A stretch of DNA of 64,000 nucleotides from an uncultured Thalassospiraceae bacterium. GTDB lineage: Bacteria > Pseudomonadota > Alphaproteobacteria > Rhodospirillales > JABHCV01. The stretch's first letter is position 1. Every line of letters starts with the position of its first letter. The notes beneath the pieces are model-generated. The model ran no database searches. It was not told where the DNA came from and saw only the letters and a list, made by a program, of their open reading frames with translations. The stretch lies in contig CAYFOJ010000013.1 in NCBI GenBank assembly GCA_964344645.1, positions 61 through 64,060 on the forward strand, in the 5' to 3' direction. The position numbers and the translations under genes are program-made. Positions 8,001 through 16,408 of this stretch are shown here, piece after piece.

Positions 8001-8271
8001 CCTGATCCTAATGGACATTCGCATGCCGGAAATGAACGGACCCGATGCGGCCCGTGAAATCCGCCGGATGTCGGGGGACAAGGGAAAGATTCCGATCATC
8101 GCCCTGACGGCGGACGCCATGACCGAAAACCGGCACGCCTACTTTGAAGCCGGAATGAACGAGATCGTCACCAAGCCCATTGACCGCGCCGAACTGCTGG
8201 GCGCCATCAACACGGTCATGGGCGAGGACATCCACGTCGTTGTTGAAAACGTGGACGGCTCCTCGGGGTAA
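5029..8271 (+). CDS. hybrid sensor histidine kinase (REC-multiple PAS/PAC-HisKA-HATPase-REC)
   Basis: N-terminal IVDDD...VVDMRMPGMDG receiver; PAS/PAC repeats; H-box FLASMSHEIRTPM; GTGLGL G-box; C-terminal LILMDIRMP receiver. Start could be 5029 or 5044. Confidence 0.92.
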   Translation: MDSSSMATEKVIIVDDDRALLDSFRRQYRSRFNLMTEESGYDVLKHPFDKEPVAVIVVDMRMPGMDGIELLKQVKSLSPLTTRIMLTGNADQMTAQNAINEGNIFRFYCKPCPQEVLAMGIEDGIAEHVRLVNQEETQRRRTENEVKARTRDLKNEVVAQEKISAELQAILDNMTETVYRTDIDGVITLVSRSVKSLTGYDPDEVLGKDLGDYYVEPAKRDDFLAILRDMGGQIQNHEIPLRHKEGHTVWVSVNAHFIYDDDRKLLGVEGTARDITRRKDTETKLAENTRELEFQKFAMDQHAIVSVTDAEGTITYVNDRFCHISGYLREELIGQNHRILKSGEHQPPFFQEQWTRLSKGQVWSGQMKNRRKNGSHFWVEATLIPFLDDNARPYQFYGVQTDITEQKETEARLVKSEEAMRAARKAADDADFRLTTALNSIEDGFALFDSQDRFVLCNHVCKNIFRNSADTLVPGTPFEEIVRTQAEQGDIAQADGRVEEWVTEQMAVRQSGKPYRELELSDGRRFRVATHPTPDGGKVTFMTDITELWKSNQALKESEAKLRDYAETSADWYWDMDADLRFSAYSGNIARYALDPSQLIGKQRWDLADADLTTEHWRRHKADLEDRRPFKDFEYSLKRPDGQWIHVSVSGKPVFDDDGIFQGYRGTTKDISTIRHLKENLETALNHAEAANQAKSGFLASMSHEIRTPMAGVMGFADMLMEDDMPPESMEKVYRIRESTQSLLSILNGILDISKLEAGKMEIETLDFHLPSLLDGAVDMFHEKNEADHRRNLTISSELSDDLPENIQSDPTRLRQILLNLMGNAVKFTEAGGVTLKADMIRDNSADMLRFQVADTGIGLKPEHIEKLFTDYTQAEASTSRHYQGTGLGLSICKQLVNLMGGEIAVESTPDVGSTFWFTLPYVRAETDPETEGGRKEVKFAGRRKLRILAAEDNGLNQRIIMAIMTAYGHDVEITENGALAVEAQRTGDYDLILMDIRMPEMNGPDAAREIRRMSGDKGKIPIIALTADAMTENRHAYFEAGMNEIVTKPIDRAELLGAINTVMGEDIHVVVENVDGSSG

Positions 8272-8274
8272 GGC

Positions 8275-10185
8275 CTATCCCCTCGCCGAGGCCAGCCCGA
8301 TGCTCTCCAAGGCGACTTCGATTTCACCCAGGATCGCCGGATCGTCGATGGTCGCGGGGACCTTGTAGTCCTCGTTGTCGGCGATTTTCTGAATGGTTCC
8401 GCGCAGGATCTTGCCGGAACGGGTCTTCGGCAAGCGCTCGACCACGGTGGCCAGCTTGAAGGCGGCGACGGGACCGATCTTGTCGCGCACCATGGCCACC
8501 ACGTCCTTGACGATTTCCCCGTGTTCCCGGTTGACGCCGGCCTTCAGGACCAGGAAGCCGACGGGCAGTTGCCCCTTCAGCTTGTCGGCGACGCCAAGCA
8601 CGGCGCATTCGGCCACATCGGGATGGGCGGCCAGCACTTCCTCCATGCCGCCGGTCGAAAGCCTGTGCCCGGCGACGTTGATGATGTCGTCGGTGCGGGC
8701 CATGATGTAGAGGTAGCCTTCCTCGTCGATGTAACCGGCGTCGGCGGTTTTGTAGTAGCCGGGGAATTCCTCAAGATAGGCTTCCTTGAAGCGTTCTTCC
8801 GCGTTCCACAGGGTCGGCAGGGTTCCCGGAGGCAGCGGCAGTTTGCAGCAGATGGCTCCGATGTCGCCCCTCGGCACTTGGTTGTTGGCCTCATCCAGAA
8901 CCTGCACGTCCCAGCCGGGGGCCGCCTTGGTCGGCGAACCGGCCTTGACCGGGAAGGCGTGCAGCCCCATGCAGTTGGCGGCAATGGCCCAGCCGGTTTC
9001 CGTCTGCCACCAGTGGTCGATGACCGGAACCTTCAGGTTGTCCTCGGCCCAGTGCAGGGTATCCGGGTCGGTGCGTTCGCCGGCCAGGAACAGGGTGTCG
9101 AAGCCGGACATGTCGTATTGCTTCAACAGTTCGGCCTTGGGGTCGTCGCGCTTGATGGCGCGGAACGCCGTCGGCGCTGTGAACAGGATGCGGACCTTGT
9201 GTTCCGCGATCACCCGCCAGAACGCGCCCGCGTCGGGGGTTCCCACCGGCTTGCCCTCGTAAATCACCGTGGTGCAGCCGGCCAGCAGGGGGGCATAGAC
9301 GATATAGGAATGGCCGACCACCCAGCCGACATCGGACGCCGCCCAGAAGACGTCGCCGGGATTGGCCCCGTAGACGGCGTTCATGGTCCAATTGAGGGCC
9401 ACCGCATGGCCGCCGTTGTCGCGCACCACGCCCTTGGGCTGGCCCGTGGTGCCCGAGGTATAGAGGATGTAAAGGGGGTCCGTCGCCGCCACGGTGACGC
9501 AATCATGGGGCTCGGCGGTCTTCATGGCCTCGGCCCAATCCACGTCGCGGCCTTCCTTTAATTCGGCCTGGGCCTCGGGACGCCTCAAAATGACGCAGGC
9601 GTCGGGCTTGTGGCTGGCGAGATCGATGGCGCCGTTCAGCAGCGGCATGTATTCGATCACCCGGTTGACCTCGATGCCGCAGGTGGCGCTGACGATGGCC
9701 TTGGGCTTGGCGTCGTCGATGCGCACGGCCAGTTCATTGGCGGCGAAACCGCCGAAAACGACGGAATGAATGGCGCCGAGACGGGCGCAGGCCAGCATGG
9801 CGATGGCCGCTTCCGGCACCATGGGCATGTAGATGATGACCCGGTCCCCCTTGGCGACGCCCTGGGCCGCCAGGATACCGGCGAACTTGGCCGTTTCGTC
9901 CCGCAATTGGGAATAGGTGTAGGTGCGCACCGTGCCGCCGCCGGTGACCGGGCTGTCGTAAATCAGCGCCGCCTGATCGCCGCGTCCGTTTTCCACATGC
10001 CGGTCCAGGGCATTATAGCAGGTGTTCAACTCGCCGCCGCTGAACCAGCGGTACAAGGGCGCGTTGGAGTCATCGAGAACCTTGTCCCATTTCCTGCTCC
10101 AGGTGATGCCTTCGGCGACATCGCCCCAAAATCCGTTGGGGTCGTTCAGGGAACGGGAATGGGCTTCTGTATACAGATCGGTCAT
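8275..10185 (-). CDS. prpE: propionyl-CoA synthetase (acetate/propionate-CoA ligase)
   Basis: YILYTSGTTGQPKGV, IDHWWQTETG and PKTRSGKILR motifs; GGGGA RBS before the ATG at 10185. Confidence 0.88.
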   Translation of the reverse strand: MTDLYTEAHSRSLNDPNGFWGDVAEGITWSRKWDKVLDDSNAPLYRWFSGGELNTCYNALDRHVENGRGDQAALIYDSPVTGGGTVRTYTYSQLRDETAKFAGILAAQGVAKGDRVIIYMPMVPEAAIAMLACARLGAIHSVVFGGFAANELAVRIDDAKPKAIVSATCGIEVNRVIEYMPLLNGAIDLASHKPDACVILRRPEAQAELKEGRDVDWAEAMKTAEPHDCVTVAATDPLYILYTSGTTGQPKGVVRDNGGHAVALNWTMNAVYGANPGDVFWAASDVGWVVGHSYIVYAPLLAGCTTVIYEGKPVGTPDAGAFWRVIAEHKVRILFTAPTAFRAIKRDDPKAELLKQYDMSGFDTLFLAGERTDPDTLHWAEDNLKVPVIDHWWQTETGWAIAANCMGLHAFPVKAGSPTKAAPGWDVQVLDEANNQVPRGDIGAICCKLPLPPGTLPTLWNAEERFKEAYLEEFPGYYKTADAGYIDEEGYLYIMARTDDIINVAGHRLSTGGMEEVLAAHPDVAECAVLGVADKLKGQLPVGFLVLKAGVNREHGEIVKDVVAMVRDKIGPVAAFKLATVVERLPKTRSGKILRGTIQKIADNEDYKVPATIDDPAILGEIEVALESIGLASARG

Positions 10186-10244
10186 GGCTTTCCCCATCAT
10201 GTGTCGCCCGGCGGTCCGGGCCTCGTGTGATGGGTATAAAGCCC

Positions 10245-12281
10245 TCAGATATCCTTTACAAGTCTCAGGGCGTCATAGATGGCGGCGTGGGTGTTGCGGG
10301 CCGACACAGCATCGCCGATACGGAACAACTGAAACGCCCCGTCCGGGTTCTCGTTCACCTGCTGGGGCCGTCCGGCGATCAGGGCTTCATGATCCACCGC
10401 CCCCAGGTTGGTCGAGCTGGGTTTCAGTTCGAAATACAGCTCATCCAGGGGAATGGTGCCGTGATTGACGACCACCTGGTCGAAGCTGCGTTCCTTGGTC
10501 ATCTTGCCGTAATCACTTCCGATCAAGGCCTTCAGCCGGTTGCCCTCGCGCTCCACATCCTTCAGGCGATAGGTGACGGTGAAAGTCACCTCCTTGTCCT
10601 GCATGGCGCGCATGTAAGGCACCAGATTCATGGCCATGACCTCCGGCGCGAAGCTTCGGTCCGGAGTCATCACTTCCACCTTGGCCCCGGTCTCGGCGAT
10701 TTTTTCCGCCGCCATCAGGCCCGCATGATCGCCGGCGTCGTCGTAGACCAGAACATCCTGGCCCGGCTTGACGTCGCCGGAGATGATATCCCAACTGGAT
10801 ACCACCAGGTCGTTGCCGGTGGCCAGGACCTCCGTATGGGGCAGGCCGCCGGTGGCGACGATGACCACGTCCGGGGACTCGGCCAGCACGTCGGCGGCCT
10901 CGGCCCAGGTGTTGAAGCGGAAATCCACCCCTTTGGCGGTGCATTGGGCGACCCGCCATTCGACGATGGAAATCATCTCCTTGCGGCGCGGGTTCTGGGC
11001 GGTCAGGCGAACCTGCCCGCCGGCGTCGGGGGCGGCCTCGAAGACGACGACCTCATGGCCCCGCTCGGCGGCGACGCGGGCCGCCTCCAGACCCGCCGGT
11101 CCGGCGCCGATGACGACCACCTTGCGGGCCTCGTCGGCCTTCGGGATGTCGTGCGGCATGGTCAGTTCCCGGCCCGTCGCCGGATTGTGCATGCAAAGGG
11201 CGTCCCCGGCCTGATAGATGCGGTCGAGGCAGTAGTTGGCGCCGACGCAGGGGCGGATGTCTTCTTCCCGGCCCTCGATGATCTTGCGCACGATGTGGGG
11301 GTCGGCCATGTGCGGACGGGTCATGCCGACCATGTCGAGGATGCCCTCGGCGATGGCGTGGCGGGCGGTGGCCACATCGGTGATGCGCGCGGCATGGAAG
11401 GTGGGCATGCCGGTCGCCTTGCGGATTTCACCGGCGAAGTCCAGATGCGGGGCGCTTTTCATGCCCTGAATGGGAATGACGTCGGTGAGCCCCGGGTCGG
11501 TGTCGATATGGCCGCGGATGACGTTGAGGAAATCGATCTGCCCCGTGTCCTTCAAGCGCTTCGAGATTTCGATGCCTTCCTCGGGCGAAATGCCGCCGTC
11601 GGCGTCTTCATCGGCGGTGTAGCGGATGCCGATGATGAACTCGTCGCCGACCCGCTTGCGCACCGCGTCCAGCACCTCCACGGTGAAGCGCAGCCGATTG
11701 TCGAGGGAGCCGCCATAGGGGGCGTCGAGAGCGTTGGTGCGTTCGGACCAGAATTGGTCCATCAGGTGCCCGTAGGCCTGCAATTCGATGCCGTCGACCC
11801 CGGCCGCCTGCATCCTTTCGGCGGCGTCGGCGTAATCGGAAACGATGCGCTCGATATCCCACTCCTCCATCTTTTTCGGAAACGCCCGGTGGGCCGCCTC
11901 CCGCTCGAAGGAGGGAGACACGGCGGGCAGCCAGTCGCCCTTGTTCCAGCCCGTGCGGCGGCCCAGATGGGTCAACTGGATCATCACCGCGCAGCCGTGT
12001 TCGTGACACGAGTCGGTGACCTTGCGCATCCACGGCACCACCTCGTCCTTATAGGCGAGAATGTTGTTGAAGACCGGCGGGCTGTCCTTGGAAACGGCGG
12101 CGGAACCGGCGGTCATGGTCATCGCCACCCCGGCCTTCGCCCGTTCTTCGTGATAGGCCCGATAGCGGTCCTTGGGCATGCCGTCTTCCGGATAGGCGGG
12201 CTCGTGAGAGGTGATGATAATCCGGTTCTTCAAGGTGAGGTGCTTGAGCTGATAAGGCTGCAGCAACGGATCCTTCGACAT
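10245..12281 (-). CDS. stcD: NADH:flavin oxidoreductase (OYE/TMADH family), StcD/HpbA-like N-methylproline demethylase
   Basis: 678 aa from MSKDPLLQPYQLKHLTLKNRII..HEPAYPEDGMPK to RIGDAVSARNTHAAIYDALRL.KDI; closely matches my recollection of Sinorhizobium StcD. Confidence 0.85.
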   Translation of the reverse strand: MSKDPLLQPYQLKHLTLKNRIIITSHEPAYPEDGMPKDRYRAYHEERAKAGVAMTMTAGSAAVSKDSPPVFNNILAYKDEVVPWMRKVTDSCHEHGCAVMIQLTHLGRRTGWNKGDWLPAVSPSFEREAAHRAFPKKMEEWDIERIVSDYADAAERMQAAGVDGIELQAYGHLMDQFWSERTNALDAPYGGSLDNRLRFTVEVLDAVRKRVGDEFIIGIRYTADEDADGGISPEEGIEISKRLKDTGQIDFLNVIRGHIDTDPGLTDVIPIQGMKSAPHLDFAGEIRKATGMPTFHAARITDVATARHAIAEGILDMVGMTRPHMADPHIVRKIIEGREEDIRPCVGANYCLDRIYQAGDALCMHNPATGRELTMPHDIPKADEARKVVVIGAGPAGLEAARVAAERGHEVVVFEAAPDAGGQVRLTAQNPRRKEMISIVEWRVAQCTAKGVDFRFNTWAEAADVLAESPDVVIVATGGLPHTEVLATGNDLVVSSWDIISGDVKPGQDVLVYDDAGDHAGLMAAEKIAETGAKVEVMTPDRSFAPEVMAMNLVPYMRAMQDKEVTFTVTYRLKDVEREGNRLKALIGSDYGKMTKERSFDQVVVNHGTIPLDELYFELKPSSTNLGAVDHEALIAGRPQQVNENPDGAFQLFRIGDAVSARNTHAAIYDALRLVKDI

Positions 12282-12301
12282 TGTCCCAATCCCCTTTTCT
12301 G

Positions 12302-13894
12302 TCAATACCAGGCGTCGGCCACGGCCGCCTTGCGGCCGGCGACGAAATCCTTCAGGGCCTCGTCCAGGGCTTCGTCCATGGGCGGGGCCTGGAATTCCTG
12401 CAGGGTCTTCTTCCAGCGGCGGTTGGCCCGCAGCATGGCGTCCTCTTCGCCCTGCTCGGTCCAGGCCTCGTAGGTCTGGTCGTCGTTCATGGCGCTGTCC
12501 CAGAAGGCGGTTTCGTAATGGGCCATGGTGTGGGCGGTGCCGAACATGTGCGCCCCCGGCCCGCCTTCGCGCAGGGAGTCCAGGCCCAGGGTGTCGTCGT
12601 TGATTTCCAGCCCTTTGTAGTAGGCGTGCAAGGCGCCGCAGACATCCGTGTCCCACATGAACTTTTCATAGGACATGGACAGCAGCCCGTCCAGGAAGCC
12701 GGCGGAATGAAGGATGTAGTGGGCGCCGCATTGGACCGCCGACATCATGGACATCATGCCCTGGGCCATGGACTGGGCGTCGGCCCGTTTGGAGGTGGCG
12801 AAATTACCGGCGCACCGCAGGGGCAGGTCCAGCCGCCTCGCCAGTTGGCCGACGACGAGGCTGCCCAGGGCCGGTTCCGGGGTGCCGAAGGTGGGGCTTC
12901 CGGAGCGCAGGGACATGGAGGCCAGGAAACTGCCGAGAATGGCCGGCGCGCCGGGCCGGACCAACTGGGTCAGCGCGCAGCCGACCATGGATTCCGCCAT
13001 GCCCTGGGCGATGGCGCCGGGAACCGTCACCGGGGCCACCGCCCCGCACAGCAGGAAGGGCAGATGAATGCTGCCCTGCCCGGCCTCCGCATAGGTGCGG
13101 ATGCCCTTGGTGGCGACGTCGTCCCAGACCAGGGGCGAGGTGGCGTTGAAGTTGCCCATGATGACGCAGTGATCGTCCACGTAATCGGCGCCGAACAGGA
13201 CCCGGCACATCTCGATATTATCCGCCGCCCGTTCCGGCGCGGTGACGGAACCGAGGAAGGGCCGGTCCGAATAGCGCATGTGGGCGTAGACCATGTCCAG
13301 ATGGCGCTTGTTGACGGGCACGTCGGTGGGCTCGCAAACGGTGCCGCCGGAATGATGCAGCCAAGGCGAAGATTGCGCCAGTTTGACGAAGTTCTCGAAG
13401 TCGGCGATGGTGCCGTAACGCCGTTCCTCGCCCATTTCCATGACGAAGGGGGAGCCGTAGGAAGGCGCCAGAACCGTGGCGTCGCCGCCGATCTGCACAC
13501 TGTTGGCCGGGTTGCGGGCGTGCTGGGTGAAGCGCGAGGGGGCGGTTTTCAGAATCTCCTGAATCATCCCGGGCTCGAACTTAATGTTCCAGACGCCCTT
13601 GCTGACTTCCGTCACGTCGCCGCCGGCCTTACGGAACAGCTCCATGGTGATCTCGTCGTCGCGGAACTCGATGCCGATTTCCGCCAGAATCGTATCCGTC
13701 GCCTTCTCGATCCGGACCAGGCTTTCCTCATCCAGAAGATCATAAGGCGCGATCCCCCGGGTGATATAGGGGACTTTCATATGCTCGTTCTGGCCGCTTT
13801 CCCCGCCGCGAGTGGCGCGACGCCCTGCCCTGCCGCGCCCGCGTCCGCCGCTTTTCGGCGCTGCGCCGCCTGTCTGTTCCGTAGCCTCGGTCAT
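12302..13894 (-). CDS. trimethylamine methyltransferase (MttB) superfamily protein, non-pyrrolysine
   Basis: F.QHARNP, GGTVCEP.DVP.NKRHLDM and SYEKF..D motifs; uninterrupted 530-aa ORF with no in-frame amber. Confidence 0.9.
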   Translation of the reverse strand: MTEATEQTGGAAPKSGGRGRGRAGRRATRGGESGQNEHMKVPYITRGIAPYDLLDEESLVRIEKATDTILAEIGIEFRDDEITMELFRKAGGDVTEVSKGVWNIKFEPGMIQEILKTAPSRFTQHARNPANSVQIGGDATVLAPSYGSPFVMEMGEERRYGTIADFENFVKLAQSSPWLHHSGGTVCEPTDVPVNKRHLDMVYAHMRYSDRPFLGSVTAPERAADNIEMCRVLFGADYVDDHCVIMGNFNATSPLVWDDVATKGIRTYAEAGQGSIHLPFLLCGAVAPVTVPGAIAQGMAESMVGCALTQLVRPGAPAILGSFLASMSLRSGSPTFGTPEPALGSLVVGQLARRLDLPLRCAGNFATSKRADAQSMAQGMMSMMSAVQCGAHYILHSAGFLDGLLSMSYEKFMWDTDVCGALHAYYKGLEINDDTLGLDSLREGGPGAHMFGTAHTMAHYETAFWDSAMNDDQTYEAWTEQGEEDAMLRANRRWKKTLQEFQAPPMDEALDEALKDFVAGRKAAVADAWY

Positions 13895-13920
13895 TGGATC
13901 CCCCCAATTTCTGACTGAAT

Positions 13921-13955
13921 TGACACTACTGTCGATTATTTCGTCACTCCTGTCA
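13921..13955. promoter_or_regulatory. tandem TGACA-N4-TGTCA-like operators, probably for the adjacent TetR
   Basis: TGACActacTGTCG (13921-34) and CGTCActccTGTCA (13942-55), 21 bp apart, in the ~100-bp divergent gap. Confidence 0.55.
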
Positions 13956-13992
13956 ATTTAATTTGCGCCACCTTGGTATTTCTGTTAACCCG

Positions 13993-14631
13993 ATGGGCAT
14001 GACGAGCATGGAGACAAAGAGCAACGGCTGGCGCGGATCGGAGGATCTGTGGCTCGACGCCGCCTACGACATGTTGGTGGATACGGGTGTCGAATCCGTC
14101 AAGGTGATGCCGCTGGCCAAGACCCTGAACATGTCCCGAACCAGCTTTTACTGGCATTTCGAGGATCGCGACGCCCTGCTCGATGCCCTGATCCGCCGCT
14201 GGCGGGGCAAGAACACGGATAATCTTGTCGCCCAGACGGAACGCTATGCGGAAACCGTCACGGAAGCCATGTTCAACCTGTTCGACTGCTGGATCGAGCC
14301 GGACCTGTTCGACGCCCGGCTGGACTTCGCCATCCGCAACTGGGCCAACCGCTCACCGAAATTGAAGGCGATCCTGGAAGCCAGCGACCGGCAGCGAATC
14401 GACGCCATCCGCGCCATGTTCGCCCGCTTCGGCTTCGACGCCGAGCAGGCATCCACCCGCGCCCACACGGTCTACTACACCCAGGTCGGCTACATCGCCA
14501 TGATGATCGATGAACCCCTGCCCACCCGCCTTGGCCGCATGCCGACCTATATCGAAACCTACACCGGCCAACACCCGACGGACTCGGAAATCGCCCGCTT
14601 CATGGATCGCCACAAGGAAAAGCTGGGTTAG
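13993..14631 (+). CDS. TetR/AcrR family transcriptional regulator
   Basis: WLDAAY..LV..GV.SVKV.PLAK.L..SRTSFYWHF HTH. Start could be 13993, 13999 or 14008. Confidence 0.9.
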   Translation: MGMTSMETKSNGWRGSEDLWLDAAYDMLVDTGVESVKVMPLAKTLNMSRTSFYWHFEDRDALLDALIRRWRGKNTDNLVAQTERYAETVTEAMFNLFDCWIEPDLFDARLDFAIRNWANRSPKLKAILEASDRQRIDAIRAMFARFGFDAEQASTRAHTVYYTQVGYIAMMIDEPLPTRLGRMPTYIETYTGQHPTDSEIARFMDRHKEKLG

Positions 14632-14653
14632 GCCGTATTTATCCCACCAGGTT

Positions 14654-15397
14654 CTATTCCCTTTCCCGGCGTAGCAGGTCCTCGTCCGCCGCCTGGATGA
14701 CCGTCTCGGCGTTGTCGCCGGGCCGGAAGCTGTGCAGGCCGTGAACGACCTTCAGATTGAGACGTTCGCCGTCCCACGGGAAATGACCGTCCGTCAGGGA
14801 AGCCTCCATGACCGTCGCCTTCTCCCTGGCGCCGTCATTGTCGGCGAGGGTCAGGATAATGCCGAAATCGTGTCCGCCGAGGGAGCCGACCACGTCCGTG
14901 TCCCGGCAATGCTCCATCAAACGTTCCGCCGCCCATACCAACCCCGCCTGGGCGGCGTTATGGCCGAACCGTCGGCGGATGTCCTCGATATTGCGGACGT
15001 GGAAACAAACGAAGCTGTTGACCACCCCGGCCCGCTCGCCCAACGCCAGCAGGCGTGACAATTCCCGGTGCAGGCCGCGCCGGTTGATCAGCGGCAGGAA
15101 GGTATGGGCTTCGGACAGTTCCTCCAGGTAAAGGATATGGGCGCGGGCCCGGTCCAGTTCCTGACGCAGGTGGCCCAGTTCTTCCGTCAAGTGGGTTAGG
15201 GTGTCGCGCACCCGGGGGGAGAGATCTTCCTCCGGAACATCCATGACACCGAGAACGACCCTGGATTCCCCGTCCCCAGAGGGGGCGTCCCCGTCATCGT
15301 GTCGGGCGTCCGGACCACGCTTTTTCCGTTGGTCCTTCGCGTGCTTGTCAGCCGGCAGAATGGTTCTGATCGGCGACGCTTCAGGAATTTCCGACAT
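14654..15397 (-). CDS. coiled-coil plus degenerate GGDEF domain protein
   Basis: PLINRRG..REL and FGH motifs; signature reads GGHDF, preceded by RDTD. GAGGA RBS before the ATG at 15397. Confidence 0.78.
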   Translation of the reverse strand: MSEIPEASPIRTILPADKHAKDQRKKRGPDARHDDGDAPSGDGESRVVLGVMDVPEEDLSPRVRDTLTHLTEELGHLRQELDRARAHILYLEELSEAHTFLPLINRRGLHRELSRLLALGERAGVVNSFVCFHVRNIEDIRRRFGHNAAQAGLVWAAERLMEHCRDTDVVGSLGGHDFGIILTLADNDGAREKATVMEASLTDGHFPWDGERLNLKVVHGLHSFRPGDNAETVIQAADEDLLRRERE

Positions 15398-15507
15398 GCC
15401 GCTATTCCTCAACCACTAGGGAAAATGCTAGCATTACGCTTGGTCGTTGATAAAGTATAAACACACCCTATAATGCGCCGCTTCTTTTTAGCCTTCAGGA
15501 GAATAAA

Positions 15508-16002
15508 ATGAGCGCCTCGTCCCCCGTCGTCGGAATTATCATGGGTAGTCAATCGGACTGGAAAGTGATGAAGAATGCTGCCGAGCGGCTGGATGCCCTC
15601 GGCATCGCCAACGAGTGCAAGATCATTTCCGCCCACCGCACGCCGGAACGTCTCGACGTCTATGCCCGCGGCGCCCGCGACCGCGGCCTGAAGGTGATCA
15701 TCGCCGGGGCCGGCATGGCCGCCGCCCTGCCCGGTTCCGCCGCCGCCGTGACGCCGCTGCCGGTTCTCGGCGTTCCCATGGAAGGCAAGATGATGGGCGG
15801 CCTGGACGCCATGCTGGCGATGACCCAGATGCCCGGCGGCGTTCCCGTCGGCACCCTCGGACTCGGCAAGGCCGGGGCCGTCAACGCCGCCATGCTGGCC
15901 GCCGCCATCGTCGCCCTCTCCGACGATGCCGCCGCATCGGCCCTGGACAATTTCCGCGCCGAACAGACCGCTTCGGTCCCTGAACACCCGGTCGACGAAT
16001 AA
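15508..16002 (+). CDS. purE: N5-CAIR mutase PurE
   Basis: [20 protein letters not shown] and QMPGGVPV motifs. Confidence 0.96.
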   Translation: MSASSPVVGIIMGSQSDWKVMKNAAERLDALGIANECKIISAHRTPERLDVYARGARDRGLKVIIAGAGMAAALPGSAAAVTPLPVLGVPMEGKMMGGLDAMLAMTQMPGGVPVGTLGLGKAGAVNAAMLAAAIVALSDDAAASALDNFRAEQTASVPEHPVDE

Positions 16003-16014
16003 CGCGGAGGATCA

Positions 16015-16400
16015 ATGCCGAAACCGTTCCTGATCGTGGTTGATGACGATGCCGACATGGCCGATTTGGTCGCCCATGTCGGCGAAACGGTCGGCTACGA
16101 GGTCGCCGTCGCCGACAGCGGCGCGGCCTTCAAGGAACTGCTTTCCGGCAGCCCCCCCCCGACGCCCTGGTGCTCGACATCGTCATGCCCGACATGGACG
16201 GCAACGAACTGATCGACTGGCTGTCGGAACAGGGGCATTCCTTCCCGATCGTCCTGATCAGCGGATACGGCGATCAATACCTGCCGCTTGCGGAACGGCT
16301 GGGGCTGGCGAAGGGGGCGAATATCGTCGAAACCCTGGCCAAGCCCTTCGATGTCGGAGCCCTGAAGGAAATCCTCGCCGATAACCTACCGGCGGCCTAA
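16015..16400 (+). pseudogene. single-domain response regulator split by a frameshift in a C9 tract
   Basis: The 5' ORF (IVVDDDADM...) and the 3' frame (DALVLDIVMPDMDG...LISG...LAKPF) join into one complete ~128-aa REC domain if the C run at 16152-16160 has 10 (or 7) Cs. Confidence 0.8.
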
Positions 16401-16408
16401 ACCGTTTT

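Noticed and set aside
10227-12473. Long opposite-strand or alternate-frame ORFs (e.g. 10227-12473, 18106-20007, 28776-30782, 30876-33119, 35019-37319)
   Set aside because: They are shadow ORFs of well-supported genes. High GC depletes stop codons, and the translations have no family motifs.
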